Positions 49,888-59,489 are shown, numbered from the stretch's first letter. The stretch: 64,000 nt of DNA from Candidatus Moranbacteria bacterium UBA1362 (GCA_002306085.1 DBRS01000004.1:8133-72132), one strand, 5' to 3'. A program made the numbers and translations. Notes: generated by a model from the sequence alone, not told the origin.

Positions 49888-50066
49888 AAAAGCGGAAGAA
49901 AATTTCTTTTAATTCGCAAAACAAAAGGGGGTCTGTACACGGCCGCTTTTTGTATAGCAAAAAATTCTTAAATTTATGCAACTCTAATTTACCAATAATC
50001 ACTCTAATGTCTCCAATAGCCGAGTCATCTGAGTGCTTAATTCGAGTATTAGAATTGTTGATAAGT

Positions 50067-51704
50067 ATGGAAAGAAAATATATTTTTGTCATGGGAGGAG
50101 TGATGAGCGGGGTAGGAAAGGGAGTTACCACATCATCTATAGGCGCTATTATGAAAGGACGCGGCTATAATGTGACCGCGCTCAAGATAGATCCATATGT
50201 AAATGTTGATGCCGGCACTATGAATCCCACTGAGCATGGAGAAGTTTTCGTGCTTAATGACGGAGATGAAACAGATCAAGATATAGGAAACTATGAGCGT
50301 TTTATAGGCATTACGCTTTCGAGAGATAATTACATGACAACCGGAAGAGTGTACGAGTCAGTCATACATCGCGAACGAAACCTGGAATACGGCGGCAAAT
50401 GCGTGCAAGTCGTGCCGCATATTCCGCTCGAGGTAATTGATAGAATTATAAGAGCGTCAAATAAAGCGAAAGCGGATATTACTGTTGTTGAAATAGGAGG
50501 AACGGTCGGAGAGTATGAAAACATTTTGTTTTTGGAAGCTATACGTCTCATGAAAATAAAATATCCTGATGATATTTTGACAGTTATGGTAAGCTATGTT
50601 CCGATGCCCAACAAGATAGGGGAAATGAAAACGAAACCAACTCAGCACGCAGTGCGTACTGTTAATGGAGCTGGGATTCAGCCGGACATTATTATTGCTC
50701 GCAGCGAAATTCCGATGGATGCGAAAAGGAAAGAGAAAATTTCGCTGTTTTGCAATGTCAGCGAGGAGTGTGTTATCAGCGCACCTGATGTTGAAACAGT
50801 TTATGAGGTTCCGCTTAATTTTGAGCGTGACAATTTGAGCCGAATCATTCTGAAAAAGTTGGGGCTTAAACCCAAAAGCACCGATCTCAAAGAATGGAGA
50901 ACGTTGGTTGAAAAAATAAAGAACGTGAATGAAAAAGTCAAAATAGGTATTGTGGGAAAATATTTTGGCACCGGAGATTTTGTTCTTAGCGATGCATATA
51001 TAAGCGTAATCGAAGCCATAAAACACGCAAGCTACAAAGCGGAAGTAAAAGCTGAAATAGATTGGATAAACAGCGAAATTTTTGAAAAAGAGCCGAAAAA
51101 AATCGAAAATTTGAAAGAATATCACGGGATTATTGTTCCGGGAGGTTTTGGAAGTAGAGGCATAGAAGGAAAAATCAGCACAATTAAATTTTGTCGGGAA
51201 AATAAAATTCCCTATTTTGGACTTTGCTACGGTATGCAGCTTATGATTGTGGAATTCGCACGCAACATATTGAAACTAAAAGATGCGCACACTACTGAAA
51301 TCGACCGCAAAACCAAAAACCCGGTAATTGACATCATGCTTGAACAGAAAAAAAACCTAAAGGATAACAACTACGGAGCCACGATGAGGCTTGGCGCATA
51401 TCCTGCTAATCTAAAAAAGGGAACGATTGCACACAAGGCATATGGAAAAGAAAAAATTTCCGAACGCCATCGGCACAGATGGGAAGTAAATCCGAGATAT
51501 ATAAACAAGATTGAAAAAGCCGGACTTGTTTTTTCTGGAAAATCACCTAATAGAAAACTTATGGAAATCGCGGAGCTTCCAAAATCCGAACATCCGTTTT
51601 TTCTCGGAACACAATTCCATCCGGAATTCAAATCATCTCCGTTTGAATCGCATCCATTATTCTATGAATTTATAAAAGCGGCAAAAAACAAAGCAACTGC
51701 TTAA
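50067..51704 (+). CDS. pyrG: CTP synthase
   Basis: KYIFVMGGVMSGVGKG at the N-terminus. C-terminal glutamine amidotransferase motifs GLCYGMQ and HRHRWEVN. ATG 50067 preferred over the 49950 ORF-track start. Confidence 0.95.
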   Translation: MERKYIFVMGGVMSGVGKGVTTSSIGAIMKGRGYNVTALKIDPYVNVDAGTMNPTEHGEVFVLNDGDETDQDIGNYERFIGITLSRDNYMTTGRVYESVIHRERNLEYGGKCVQVVPHIPLEVIDRIIRASNKAKADITVVEIGGTVGEYENILFLEAIRLMKIKYPDDILTVMVSYVPMPNKIGEMKTKPTQHAVRTVNGAGIQPDIIIARSEIPMDAKRKEKISLFCNVSEECVISAPDVETVYEVPLNFERDNLSRIILKKLGLKPKSTDLKEWRTLVEKIKNVNEKVKIGIVGKYFGTGDFVLSDAYISVIEAIKHASYKAEVKAEIDWINSEIFEKEPKKIENLKEYHGIIVPGGFGSRGIEGKISTIKFCRENKIPYFGLCYGMQLMIVEFARNILKLKDAHTTEIDRKTKNPVIDIMLEQKKNLKDNNYGATMRLGAYPANLKKGTIAHKAYGKEKISERHRHRWEVNPRYINKIEKAGLVFSGKSPNRKLMEIAELPKSEHPFFLGTQFHPEFKSSPFESHPLFYEFIKAAKNKATA

Positions 51705-51732
51705 ATGTTTGCTTTAACTCATTGGAGAACAT

Positions 51733-51762
51733 AAAAGAAATCTCTCGCGAGATTTCTTTTAT
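51733..51762. terminator. Bidirectional terminator between convergent pyrG and rpmA
   Basis: aaaagaaatctctcgcgagatttctttt: a palindromic hairpin flanked by A and T runs. Confidence 0.8.
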
Positions 51763-51782
51763 GTTTCATAAATCGGTATTGG

Positions 51783-52232
51783 TTAAGCATTTTGAAACGC
51801 CAAATGCCTTCTTTTTTTTCTGCTAATAATGACTTTTCCACCTGGTTTTCTTGGGCCTTTCTTTTTTCCGGGCTTGTTTTCCTTAAGATGTGCGCGAAGT
51901 TTAAGTCCAATTTTTTTTGCACCAGTTTTTTTAGGTTTAATCACAACTGGTTTGTCGGAGGCAATTACGCTTACATATTCCCTCATAACAATTTTGCCGG
52001 TGAAATTGCGCGTCTTTACGGTTGAAAATTTCACAGTTCCATCGCAGAGTGCCATAAGTGTGTCATCATTGCAGCGTTTCACATTGTCGCCGGCATGGAA
52101 TTTTGTTCCTCTTTGCCGTACAATAATATTGCCGGTTTTCACTTTCTGGTTTCCGAATATTTTTACGCCTAATCGCTTTGAAATTGAATCTCGCCCAAGT
52201 TGTGTAGATCCTCCCGCCTTACGATGTGCCAT
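51783..52232 (-). CDS. rpmA: 50S ribosomal protein L27 with an about 65-aa Lys/Arg-rich C-terminal extension
   Basis: [27 protein letters not shown]...[13 protein letters not shown] is the bL27 core. The protein is 149 aa versus about 85 aa typical. Confidence 0.9.
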   Translation of the reverse strand: MAHRKAGGSTQLGRDSISKRLGVKIFGNQKVKTGNIIVRQRGTKFHAGDNVKRCNDDTLMALCDGTVKFSTVKTRNFTGKIVMREYVSVIASDKPVVIKPKKTGAKKIGLKLRAHLKENKPGKKKGPRKPGGKVIISRKKRRHLAFQNA

Positions 52233-52435
52233 ATGCCAGTAACTAGCAATCGAAAATCGATAATCAACAACGCTAAGCTGATTTTTGATTCGCGATTACT
52301 GTTGTATAATGTTTATAATTGATCTGTTCAGAGAGCATCGGATATTTCAATGGCATGGACAAAGCGCAAATTCTGTCCGAAATATCGATTGCTAAGACCT
52401 TTCATTCGAATATTATTCTAACAAATTTATAGAAT

Positions 52436-52870
52436 ATGTCAACCCAAATATTGCTTAAAATTAAGGATTTTTTCGCCAAAAATGAGCAAAAAATAGTGCT
52501 TATCGTTGCTTTTTGCCTTGTTTCAGCCATTTCTTTTGAATTTGGAGTTCTTCAGGGTCAAAAATGGCAGCAGAAGCCACTTATTATTGAGAAACCTATA
52601 AATATACCAGCGGACGTTCAAAATACTCAAAATGAGGCCTCTGAAGCTTCAGGAAGCACTTCTACCATAAACGTCAAATCAGGCGCAGCCGAAAATGCAG
52701 CCGCGCAACCGGCGAAAGTTTGCACTTTCGTTGCCAGTAAAAATTCTGACAAATATCACATTCCAACATGCCAATGGGCAAAACGCATTAAGCCTGAAAA
52801 TACAGTTTGCTACGATTCTGTCCAAGAAGCAGAAGCAGCCAAAAAGCAAAAATGCTCCTGTATAAAATAA
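52436..52870 (+). CDS. Membrane-anchored protein with C-terminal Ada-like zinc-binding domain
   Basis: N-terminal TM. C-terminal KYHIPTCQWAKRIKPENTVCYDSVQEAEAAKKQKCSC matches the Ada_Zn_binding pattern (YHxPxC...PEN.V.F....EAEAAG..PC..C). Confidence 0.55.
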   Translation: MSTQILLKIKDFFAKNEQKIVLIVAFCLVSAISFEFGVLQGQKWQQKPLIIEKPINIPADVQNTQNEASEASGSTSTINVKSGAAENAAAQPAKVCTFVASKNSDKYHIPTCQWAKRIKPENTVCYDSVQEAEAAKKQKCSCIK

Positions 52871-53000
52871 CAAAAAATTCTAACAAAAATTTTGTATTTC
52901 ATACCATTGGAATTGAAAAAATATAAAACAAATTGTATAATATTAGAGACGCTCAATCCCGGCCCGAGGCCGGTTTTAATAAGAATAAATCAAAAAATTA

Positions 53001-53696
53001 ATGAACAACAATAAAATGGTTGTGGTTTCGCTCGGAGGATCGCTTATTGTACCAGATGTAATTGATTGGAAATTTGTGAAAAATTTCAAGAAAATCATCG
53101 AGACGGAAATAGCAAGAGGTTGCCGCTTCATAATCGTTACGGGGGGAGGCAAGACCGCAAGAAAATATATTGAAGCCAGCGGGAAGATTGACAGCATAGA
53201 TGCAGAAGATAAAGACTGGATCGGAATACACGCAACAAGAATGAACGCACATTTTATGCGTACCGTTTTCAAAAAGCATGCTCATCCCATAATTAATACC
53301 AATCCTTTTGATCTTGAAAGTTTTCTGACGGCAAAAGAACCAATACTCGTGGCAGCAGGTTATCGTCCGGGCAATTCCACCGACTATATTTCAGTTCTTC
53401 TTGCTAAACACTTCGAAGTAAAAAAAGTTGTAAACCTTTCTAACATCGATTACGTTTGCGACAAAGATCCGAAAAAATTCAAAGACGCAAAAAAGATAAA
53501 AGAAATGTCCTGGCAGGAATTTCAAAAGATTGTCGGCGACAAATGGGATCCCGGACTTAATGCTCCTTTTGATCCGGTAGCTTCAAAAGTTGCCGCAAAA
53601 GAGGGAATAGAAGTGACCATTTTAAACGGAAAAAAACTCTCAAATTTCCGCAAATATCTTGACGGAGAAAAGTTTGCGGGGACAATCATTAAATAA
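53001..53696 (+). CDS. pyrH: UMP kinase (short/archaeal-like form)
   Basis: MVVVSLGGSLIVPD, IVTGGG, and a 231-aa amino-acid kinase fold. Confidence 0.85.
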   Translation: MNNNKMVVVSLGGSLIVPDVIDWKFVKNFKKIIETEIARGCRFIIVTGGGKTARKYIEASGKIDSIDAEDKDWIGIHATRMNAHFMRTVFKKHAHPIINTNPFDLESFLTAKEPILVAAGYRPGNSTDYISVLLAKHFEVKKVVNLSNIDYVCDKDPKKFKDAKKIKEMSWQEFQKIVGDKWDPGLNAPFDPVASKVAAKEGIEVTILNGKKLSNFRKYLDGEKFAGTIIK

Positions 53697-53945
53697 AGAC
53701 TGTATTTTTTTTCGATAAGACGTCGAAAGTCCTGAGAAATACTAGTGATGCTGTTAAAAGGGTTGCTTTTTAAATTTCAATGTGGTAACGTTGCAAACAG
53801 CTGTTTGATGATGTATGAACAACAAAAATTCACGATTCTGCACCGCTAAATACAGAAGCTAAACTTTCCTGCAAAGACGCGCGGGATTGAAGAAGTCTGA
53901 AGCTTCGTTTTTAGCAAAAGGCCAATTTAGCGGCAAACATTACGC

Positions 53946-53986
53946 GGCATGAGATTTTTCCAAAAATTTCATGCCGCTTTTTTATT
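53946..53986 (+). terminator. Rho-independent terminator about 250 nt downstream of pyrH
   Basis: gcggcatgagatt-tttccaa-aaatttcatgccgc followed by tttttt. Overlaps the 3' end of the minus-strand gene. Confidence 0.6.
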
Positions 53987-54449
53987 TTTGGGTAATCTTT
54001 CCGTATTTCAGAAGGGAATAAAGCGTAAAATATGCAATAAGAGATATGGCGCTTGCCGCAACAAGAAAACCTGTCAAAAGCGGCAAGGCAAGATCGAAAA
54101 AAATTACGTTGCTGAAAAAATACCTTATTCCGAGGTGGTAGGTGTTGTCAAATTGTTCCGTAAGATAAGAAGGAGTCGTGTCGAACAAAAATCCTCCAAT
54201 TAACGCTGCAAACGGCATTATAGCTATCGTGCCCCACATGTTGGTAGCCAAAACTCCCGCCGTTGCCGAAGCGCGATTGACGCGCAGAATGGTTGCCAGC
54301 ACCAGCGCCGTAAGCACTCCTCCGGGAATTATGCCTAGAAAAACTCCCAGCGCAAAACCGGCAGCAATATTGTGGGGACTATCATTGAGCTTAAAAAATT
54401 GCCGCAGAAATTTTTTAATTTTTAAAAGCCTGCTTTTCATATCTTCCAA
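53982..54449 (-). CDS. DUF2062 family membrane protein
   Basis: SPHNIAAGFALGVFLGIIPGGVLTALVLATIL is the DUF2062 signature. About 4 TM helices. Confidence 0.6.
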   Translation of the reverse strand: MEDMKSRLLKIKKFLRQFFKLNDSPHNIAAGFALGVFLGIIPGGVLTALVLATILRVNRASATAGVLATNMWGTIAIMPFAALIGGFLFDTTPSYLTEQFDNTYHLGIRYFFSNVIFFDLALPLLTGFLVAASAISLIAYFTLYSLLKYGKITQK

Positions 54450-54521
54450 TCTTTAGACGATAAGGTTTTTTTATTATATAATATAATCACATTTCAATAA
54501 ATATTAATAATCATTCTTCTG

Positions 54522-55412
54522 ATGTTACGTAATTTTACAGTATCGACATCGGCAAGTATTTGTTGTTTTTTGTTTCTGTTTTTCGCAATTATTTTTCCGA
54601 CAGATGCAGCCATCTACTTCGAGGATAATTTCGACGGATATTCTGACTCTCCGACAAATCATGGCTGGCATGTTCCGTCAACAAGAGTGGAAATCTATGA
54701 AGGTCCTGAAACACGCTTCGGAAGATGTATCCGCCATACCATAAATTCCAACGGAACGCATTATAGTTTCTCGCACGATCCCTATCCTGCTGGAATCGTG
54801 GATGACATATACGTAGGATTTTACTACAAATCAACTCATGTGAAAGGAACCGGCGGGGGACATAAGTTTTTAAAGTTGTTCGGATGGATAGACAGCAATG
54901 ATTATGCCAATACTACGTTCGGACAAACATATCAAACAGGTGCGTTTTGGCAAGTTAGTTATGGAGACGGAATGGGGATGATAGGTGATTCAACATGTGT
55001 GGCGCGATACAACGGCCTAATTTCAGATTCTCCTTGTTCTGGATCAATCGTCTCACATTCAGGTCCATTTGACTTAGATGATAGTCAATGGCATTGGGTT
55101 GTGTGTCATGCCAAGCATAACTCAAACGACAACTACGATGGCGCTTTGGATGTTTGGATAGACGGAGAATTGAAATTGTCCGCCATAGGCATTAAAAATA
55201 GAAATGATCTAAACACAATAGACTGGACGTCCATGAATTTTGTGGAGTACGCCGACTGTTTTGGAGCAAGTTGTAACGGCATAAACTATAATGCTTCTCC
55301 TTATTATGTATACATTGATGATGTAATAGTTTCGGACGGATATATTGCTCCACCTGGCAGCTCTTCAGACACAACAGCGCCAGCAAATCCAACAGGGCTT
55401 GCAGTAAGTTGA
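54522..55412 (+). CDS. Secreted protein with concanavalin-A-like/LamG-like domain, ending in conserved PTGLAVS tag
   Basis: Signal peptide. WHWVVCHAKHN...GALDVWIDGELKL is a ConA-like lectin/glucanase pattern. C-terminus DTTAPANPTGLAVS-stop. Confidence 0.6.
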   Translation: MLRNFTVSTSASICCFLFLFFAIIFPTDAAIYFEDNFDGYSDSPTNHGWHVPSTRVEIYEGPETRFGRCIRHTINSNGTHYSFSHDPYPAGIVDDIYVGFYYKSTHVKGTGGGHKFLKLFGWIDSNDYANTTFGQTYQTGAFWQVSYGDGMGMIGDSTCVARYNGLISDSPCSGSIVSHSGPFDLDDSQWHWVVCHAKHNSNDNYDGALDVWIDGELKLSAIGIKNRNDLNTIDWTSMNFVEYADCFGASCNGINYNASPYYVYIDDVIVSDGYIAPPGSSSDTTAPANPTGLAVS

Positions 55413-55504
55413 AAATTCAGCAAACTTGTAAAATCTCCCATAAACTATTTTTTAAATAGCGAGTTACTTAATTAGTTTAGTAACGCGTTAAGTAACAAAC
55501 TCTT

Positions 55505-56530
55505 ATGAAAAAACAAATATGTAAAATATCTTTTCTTGCTATATTTTTAGGCATTTTCTGCTTTACAAATGAAGTTTTTGCACATAACAAACTTATATTT
55601 ATTCACCATTCCACGGGAGGATATTGGTTTGCCAATGCCAGCTCCACCGGCGGCGGCCTTGCGAAAGCATTGGACGACGTGGGTATATACGCTCGGGATA
55701 TCAATTATCAGCAATACAATAACGACTTCAATCCTCCGCAAAATCCAACCATTTCCAACAACACTGATATCGGGCATTGGTGGCTTTGGTTTGCCGATAC
55801 CACAATGCAAGCGAACGGCATTACCAAGCGCGACAACGTTATGGACGGAGAGAAGGGAGTATACAAGACAACAAACAAAACCAACGCGCACGGAACATAT
55901 ACAACCAACATGACAGATCCCGGAGGAGAAAACAATATCATAATGATCAAAAGCTGCTATCCTTCTGCCAATATCTATTCCGATAACAGCACAACTTTTG
56001 GACAAATGCGCGGACAAGGAGCAAGCTATACCGTCGGAGGTCAGAACGTAAACACTGTCAGCAATGTTAAAGCTCTCTATAACTCGCTTTTGGAATATTT
56101 CAAGACAAGAACGGACAAAATGTTTATTATCTCGTTTACTCCGCCTCTTTTAGCCTCAAGCACAACTGCGGAGAGAGCGGCAAACACTCGTTTAGTTGCC
56201 AATTGGCTTGTGAATGAATGGCTGCAAAGCGCCAATTGGGTAAATAAAAATGTCTATATTTTTGACCAGTTCAACGTACTTACCCATGAGAACAACAGAC
56301 ACACATATGAAAACGGCCAAGTTATTCACTACACTGATCCGGCAAGCGGCAATTATCTCGTATATCCAAGAAGTGCAAGCGACAACCATCCTAGCGGAGC
56401 AGGGCACCAGAAAGCTACCGCCAATTTTGTTCCACTTCTTCAACATTGGATAGCAACATACGAAGCTTTTGCAGCAGGTACAACTGACACAACTCCACCC
56501 GCAAACCCAACCGGACTTTCCGTAAACTAG
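55505..56530 (+). CDS. Secreted putative SGNH-like hydrolase ending in conserved PTGLSVN tag
   Basis: Signal peptide ISFLAIFLGIFCFTNEVFA. DNHPSGAGHQKATANF resembles SGNH block V (DxxHPxxxGxxxxA). C-terminus DTTPPANPTGLSVN-stop. Confidence 0.5.
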   Translation: MKKQICKISFLAIFLGIFCFTNEVFAHNKLIFIHHSTGGYWFANASSTGGGLAKALDDVGIYARDINYQQYNNDFNPPQNPTISNNTDIGHWWLWFADTTMQANGITKRDNVMDGEKGVYKTTNKTNAHGTYTTNMTDPGGENNIIMIKSCYPSANIYSDNSTTFGQMRGQGASYTVGGQNVNTVSNVKALYNSLLEYFKTRTDKMFIISFTPPLLASSTTAERAANTRLVANWLVNEWLQSANWVNKNVYIFDQFNVLTHENNRHTYENGQVIHYTDPASGNYLVYPRSASDNHPSGAGHQKATANFVPLLQHWIATYEAFAAGTTDTTPPANPTGLSVN

Positions 56531-56554
56531 AAGCTCATAAAATTTTCAAAGAAA

Positions 56555-58198
56555 ATGCAAAAGAAAGCATATGGAATAATTAAAGCGATTACAATATTTA
56601 CAATTATATTGTTGAGCATTTTTTGCTTTGCAAATAATTCTTTTGCCTATGGCAATGTGAATGAACTTGAGATAATTGCGCCAAAAGAAGCAGGGACCGG
56701 AAACCCCGCTTTGAATGAGAACGCAAGATATTTCAGGGCATATCCCGGAATTGAATATAAAATAAAAGCAGCGGTTATAGGCGGAAAATATCCTTATATC
56801 TATTCATTAAGCAATGCTCCGGAAAGTATGACGATAGATAGGAAATCGGGAACCATCATATGGGCAAACCCGCAAGCTTCTGCGCAAAACATAGGATTGA
56901 CTGTTACTGATGCAAACGGAAATTCTGTGCAATCATCATGGTCGATAAACGTGACTTCGGACAGCTTCATTTTTGTCGATGCTGGTGCGCAAGACGGGGG
57001 AGACGGAACAATTTCAAATCCTTTCAATTCAATTGAGGACTTTCTTGCCTTGGATAGCTCATATGTTTCCGATATTGTATATTTCCGGGATGGGATATAT
57101 GATCTGCCGGTTTGGGGAGGCGCAACTTCATCCGGAGCATCAAGCTGCAGTCTTGACAGAGATGGAGGAGATGCCCATATCTGGCTGGGATATCCCAATG
57201 AAAATGTCACGATTGACTTCGGAGGAAATAAATTCATTGCGGCAAATTTAACAAATCCTCTCGCACCATACTACTTTGCGCATATGCGCTGGTATAACGC
57301 CCAGGAATATGGAATAAGAGCCGATAGTCACTTAGACTACGTTGTTTTATACGACATGGATTGCGACACATTGCACACAACTCACACTATAAATGAAAAC
57401 ATGGGATGGTACTTTACTCCTTATGTCGGAGCCGGTCATTATTTGATGTTTCTTGACAGCAAATTTCATGATTACACTGACACAACGGGCATTGGCAGCT
57501 TCTATGAGCAAGACAAGATGCTTATCGAAGGAAATCAATTTTACAATCAACTTGTCGGTGAATTGAATGGCTCATTTTCCGCCATATCTCCCAAGACAAG
57601 TGTCACTCGCAGCACAATAAGAGGAAATAGTATTGTTGTTTCCTATAGAAATTGTTTCGGTTCAGGCTGGAATTCCCAATTTGGGGAATACAGTCTGACA
57701 GGCACTCGTTCGCATGGCAATGAAGTGTGTTTTAATTTATTCTTGAAAGATTCAGAATCTGATACGGCAAGTATGATAAATCCAGGCGCGGAATCGGGAT
57801 CAACCTACTATTATCGCAATACTTGGCGTGGTCGCATAAATATGAGAAATATAAATTCAACCATGTATCCGGGAACCACAACGTGCGGCAATCCATTACA
57901 GGTAGTTCCGGATGCAGAGTGCGGAGATAACGGCCCGTTTGTTTTTGAAAACAACGTAATGCAAAATCAGGATGCCGGAGTTTATTATGATTACACAAGC
58001 GGGCCGAACCCGGAAAATTATGTTCCGATGATGGATAATTTGACAGGCTCCGAAGGCCTTATTGATTCCGATGGTCTTCTCATCAACCGTACCTACGTCG
58101 GTACCTACGGCCATGAGATTGCCGAAAGCGAATATTGGAATGATGGAGAAGCAGACGCAACACCTCCCAATACTCCAACAGGACTTTCCGTAAGTTAA
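56555..58198 (+). CDS. Secreted hypothetical protein (547 aa) ending in conserved PTGLSVS tag
   Basis: Signal peptide ITIFTIILLSIFCFANNSFA, similar to the preceding gene. C-terminus DATPPNTPTGLSVS-stop. Confidence 0.55.
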   Translation: MQKKAYGIIKAITIFTIILLSIFCFANNSFAYGNVNELEIIAPKEAGTGNPALNENARYFRAYPGIEYKIKAAVIGGKYPYIYSLSNAPESMTIDRKSGTIIWANPQASAQNIGLTVTDANGNSVQSSWSINVTSDSFIFVDAGAQDGGDGTISNPFNSIEDFLALDSSYVSDIVYFRDGIYDLPVWGGATSSGASSCSLDRDGGDAHIWLGYPNENVTIDFGGNKFIAANLTNPLAPYYFAHMRWYNAQEYGIRADSHLDYVVLYDMDCDTLHTTHTINENMGWYFTPYVGAGHYLMFLDSKFHDYTDTTGIGSFYEQDKMLIEGNQFYNQLVGELNGSFSAISPKTSVTRSTIRGNSIVVSYRNCFGSGWNSQFGEYSLTGTRSHGNEVCFNLFLKDSESDTASMINPGAESGSTYYYRNTWRGRINMRNINSTMYPGTTTCGNPLQVVPDAECGDNGPFVFENNVMQNQDAGVYYDYTSGPNPENYVPMMDNLTGSEGLIDSDGLLINRTYVGTYGHEIAESEYWNDGEADATPPNTPTGLSVS

Positions 58199-58290
58199 AA
58201 GTCCGCAAAGTTTATGGATAAAATGTGAATGAAAATCTGTTTTTTATTCGAAGATGGTCGCATTAAAATATTTTTTTAAAATACAAACTA

Positions 58291-58314
58291 AAAACCGGCG
58301 AACGCCGGTTTTGA
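58291..58314. terminator. Bidirectional terminator
   Basis: aaaaccggcg-aa-cgccggtttt. Confidence 0.8.
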
Positions 58315-58328
58315 AAACTGCATATCAA

Positions 58329-59489
58329 TTATTTTTTCTTCACGGTTAAAGTTTTGGTTTCCTTGTCTATTACTTTCGTTTTTTCAATTTCTTTACGAAC
58401 AGTAGGAGACAAGACTCCCATGATGTTTTTGAGTGCAATTCCGTCGACTTTCAGAATAGAATCCCACTTATCAAGCGGTTCCAATATCTCCCGCAATCTC
58501 TTCTCGTCATATTTAAACGTTTTTCTGACAGTTTCTGCAATAATGCCTTCGTCACTGAAAACGCGCCCGACACCTTCCTGTTTCATATACTGAGATATCT
58601 TTTCCTGAAGCTCTGCAATACGCACTTTTGTTGAATTTATGGCATATTTAAGGTTTATGTACTCGCTTATCGCAGCATTCACTTCTTCCGTGTCAATTTT
58701 TCTTTGCTCCTTGAACTTATGCATCCACATGGGACATATTTTTTGATATCCGCACCAATCACAAAGAGGAGTCACGTTCGGTTCAAATTTTTCCGCTTCA
58801 ATTGCGGCAATGACATCCAGAAACAACTCCTTGGCGTTTTTAAGCTGTTCAAGCGTCCTTGTCGATGTGAGCTTGACTCCATGTTTGAGATAGTAGAGAC
58901 TTACTTTAATCTTGTCCAAATGTTCAATTTCCTTGGGATAGCGGGAAAGAAAAGCGTTGAGATATATGGAAAGTTGTAAATCATTGTCGACTTTTTCTTG
59001 CGAAGGCATCTTTTTCGTTGTCTTGTAATCGATAATCTCATAGCCTTCATCGGTTTTATCTATCCTGTCTATAATTCCAGAAATTATATGTTGTGTTTTT
59101 TTATCCCCATCTTCAACTTCAATTTGAAAACGGCTTTCAAGGTCAACAATATTAAAGTCGGCAGGATTATTATTTTTGTAATATCGCTGAATCATTTCAA
59201 CTCCTTGCGTAAAGGCGCTTCGTTCTTCAAGCTCGTTTTCGAAAATATCCGCATTCCAATTTTTGGAAAAAAAATCGAGAGCTTCTTCGAGCTTCGGCTG
59301 GAGCAGGGAAGGAGTATGGATAAATTTCATCACGGAATGGATTAGCGTGCCAAAAATAGCCTCTTTGGATTTCGGCTCTTTGATCATGTCTACATTCTGA
59401 AATTTATATTTCAGTGAGCAGTTTTGATACGTGTCAAACGCTGAATAGGAAATACGCATATAGATCAAGTATAGAGGATCGGGCATCAT
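58329..59489 (-). CDS. PD-(D/E)XK nuclease superfamily protein, Cas4/RecB-like with Fe-S cysteine cluster
   Basis: Motifs GIIDRID (motif II Asp) and EIIDYKT (E-x-K). C-terminal C-x2-C-x5-C (CDWCGYQKIC) plus an N-terminal Cys (QNCSLKY), as in Cas4/AddB nuclease domains. Confidence 0.65.
   Translation of the reverse strand: MMPDPLYLIYMRISYSAFDTYQNCSLKYKFQNVDMIKEPKSKEAIFGTLIHSVMKFIHTPSLLQPKLEEALDFFSKNWNADIFENELEERSAFTQGVEMIQRYYKNNNPADFNIVDLESRFQIEVEDGDKKTQHIISGIIDRIDKTDEGYEIIDYKTTKKMPSQEKVDNDLQLSIYLNAFLSRYPKEIEHLDKIKVSLYYLKHGVKLTSTRTLEQLKNAKELFLDVIAAIEAEKFEPNVTPLCDWCGYQKICPMWMHKFKEQRKIDTEEVNAAISEYINLKYAINSTKVRIAELQEKISQYMKQEGVGRVFSDEGIIAETVRKTFKYDEKRLREILEPLDKWDSILKVDGIALKNIMGVLSPTVRKEIEKTKVIDKETKTLTVKKK

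Noticed and set aside
52233-52435. Expected rplU (L21) upstream of rpmA on the minus strand
   Set aside because: No ORF with L21 features exists there. rpmA appears monocistronic in this window.
55399-55410. GTAAGT immediately after the PTGL codons (also at 58187-58192), resembling a spliceosomal 5' donor site
   Set aside because: The context is bacterial: CIRCE, sigma70 promoters, ribosomal genes. The hexamer simply encodes Val-Ser. The third copy has GTAAAC. It is a coincidence of codon choice.
58329-59489. The Cas4-like nuclease as evidence of a CRISPR-Cas locus
   Set aside because: No direct-repeat array, cas1, cas2 or effector genes are present anywhere in the 64 kb. It is treated as a standalone nuclease.
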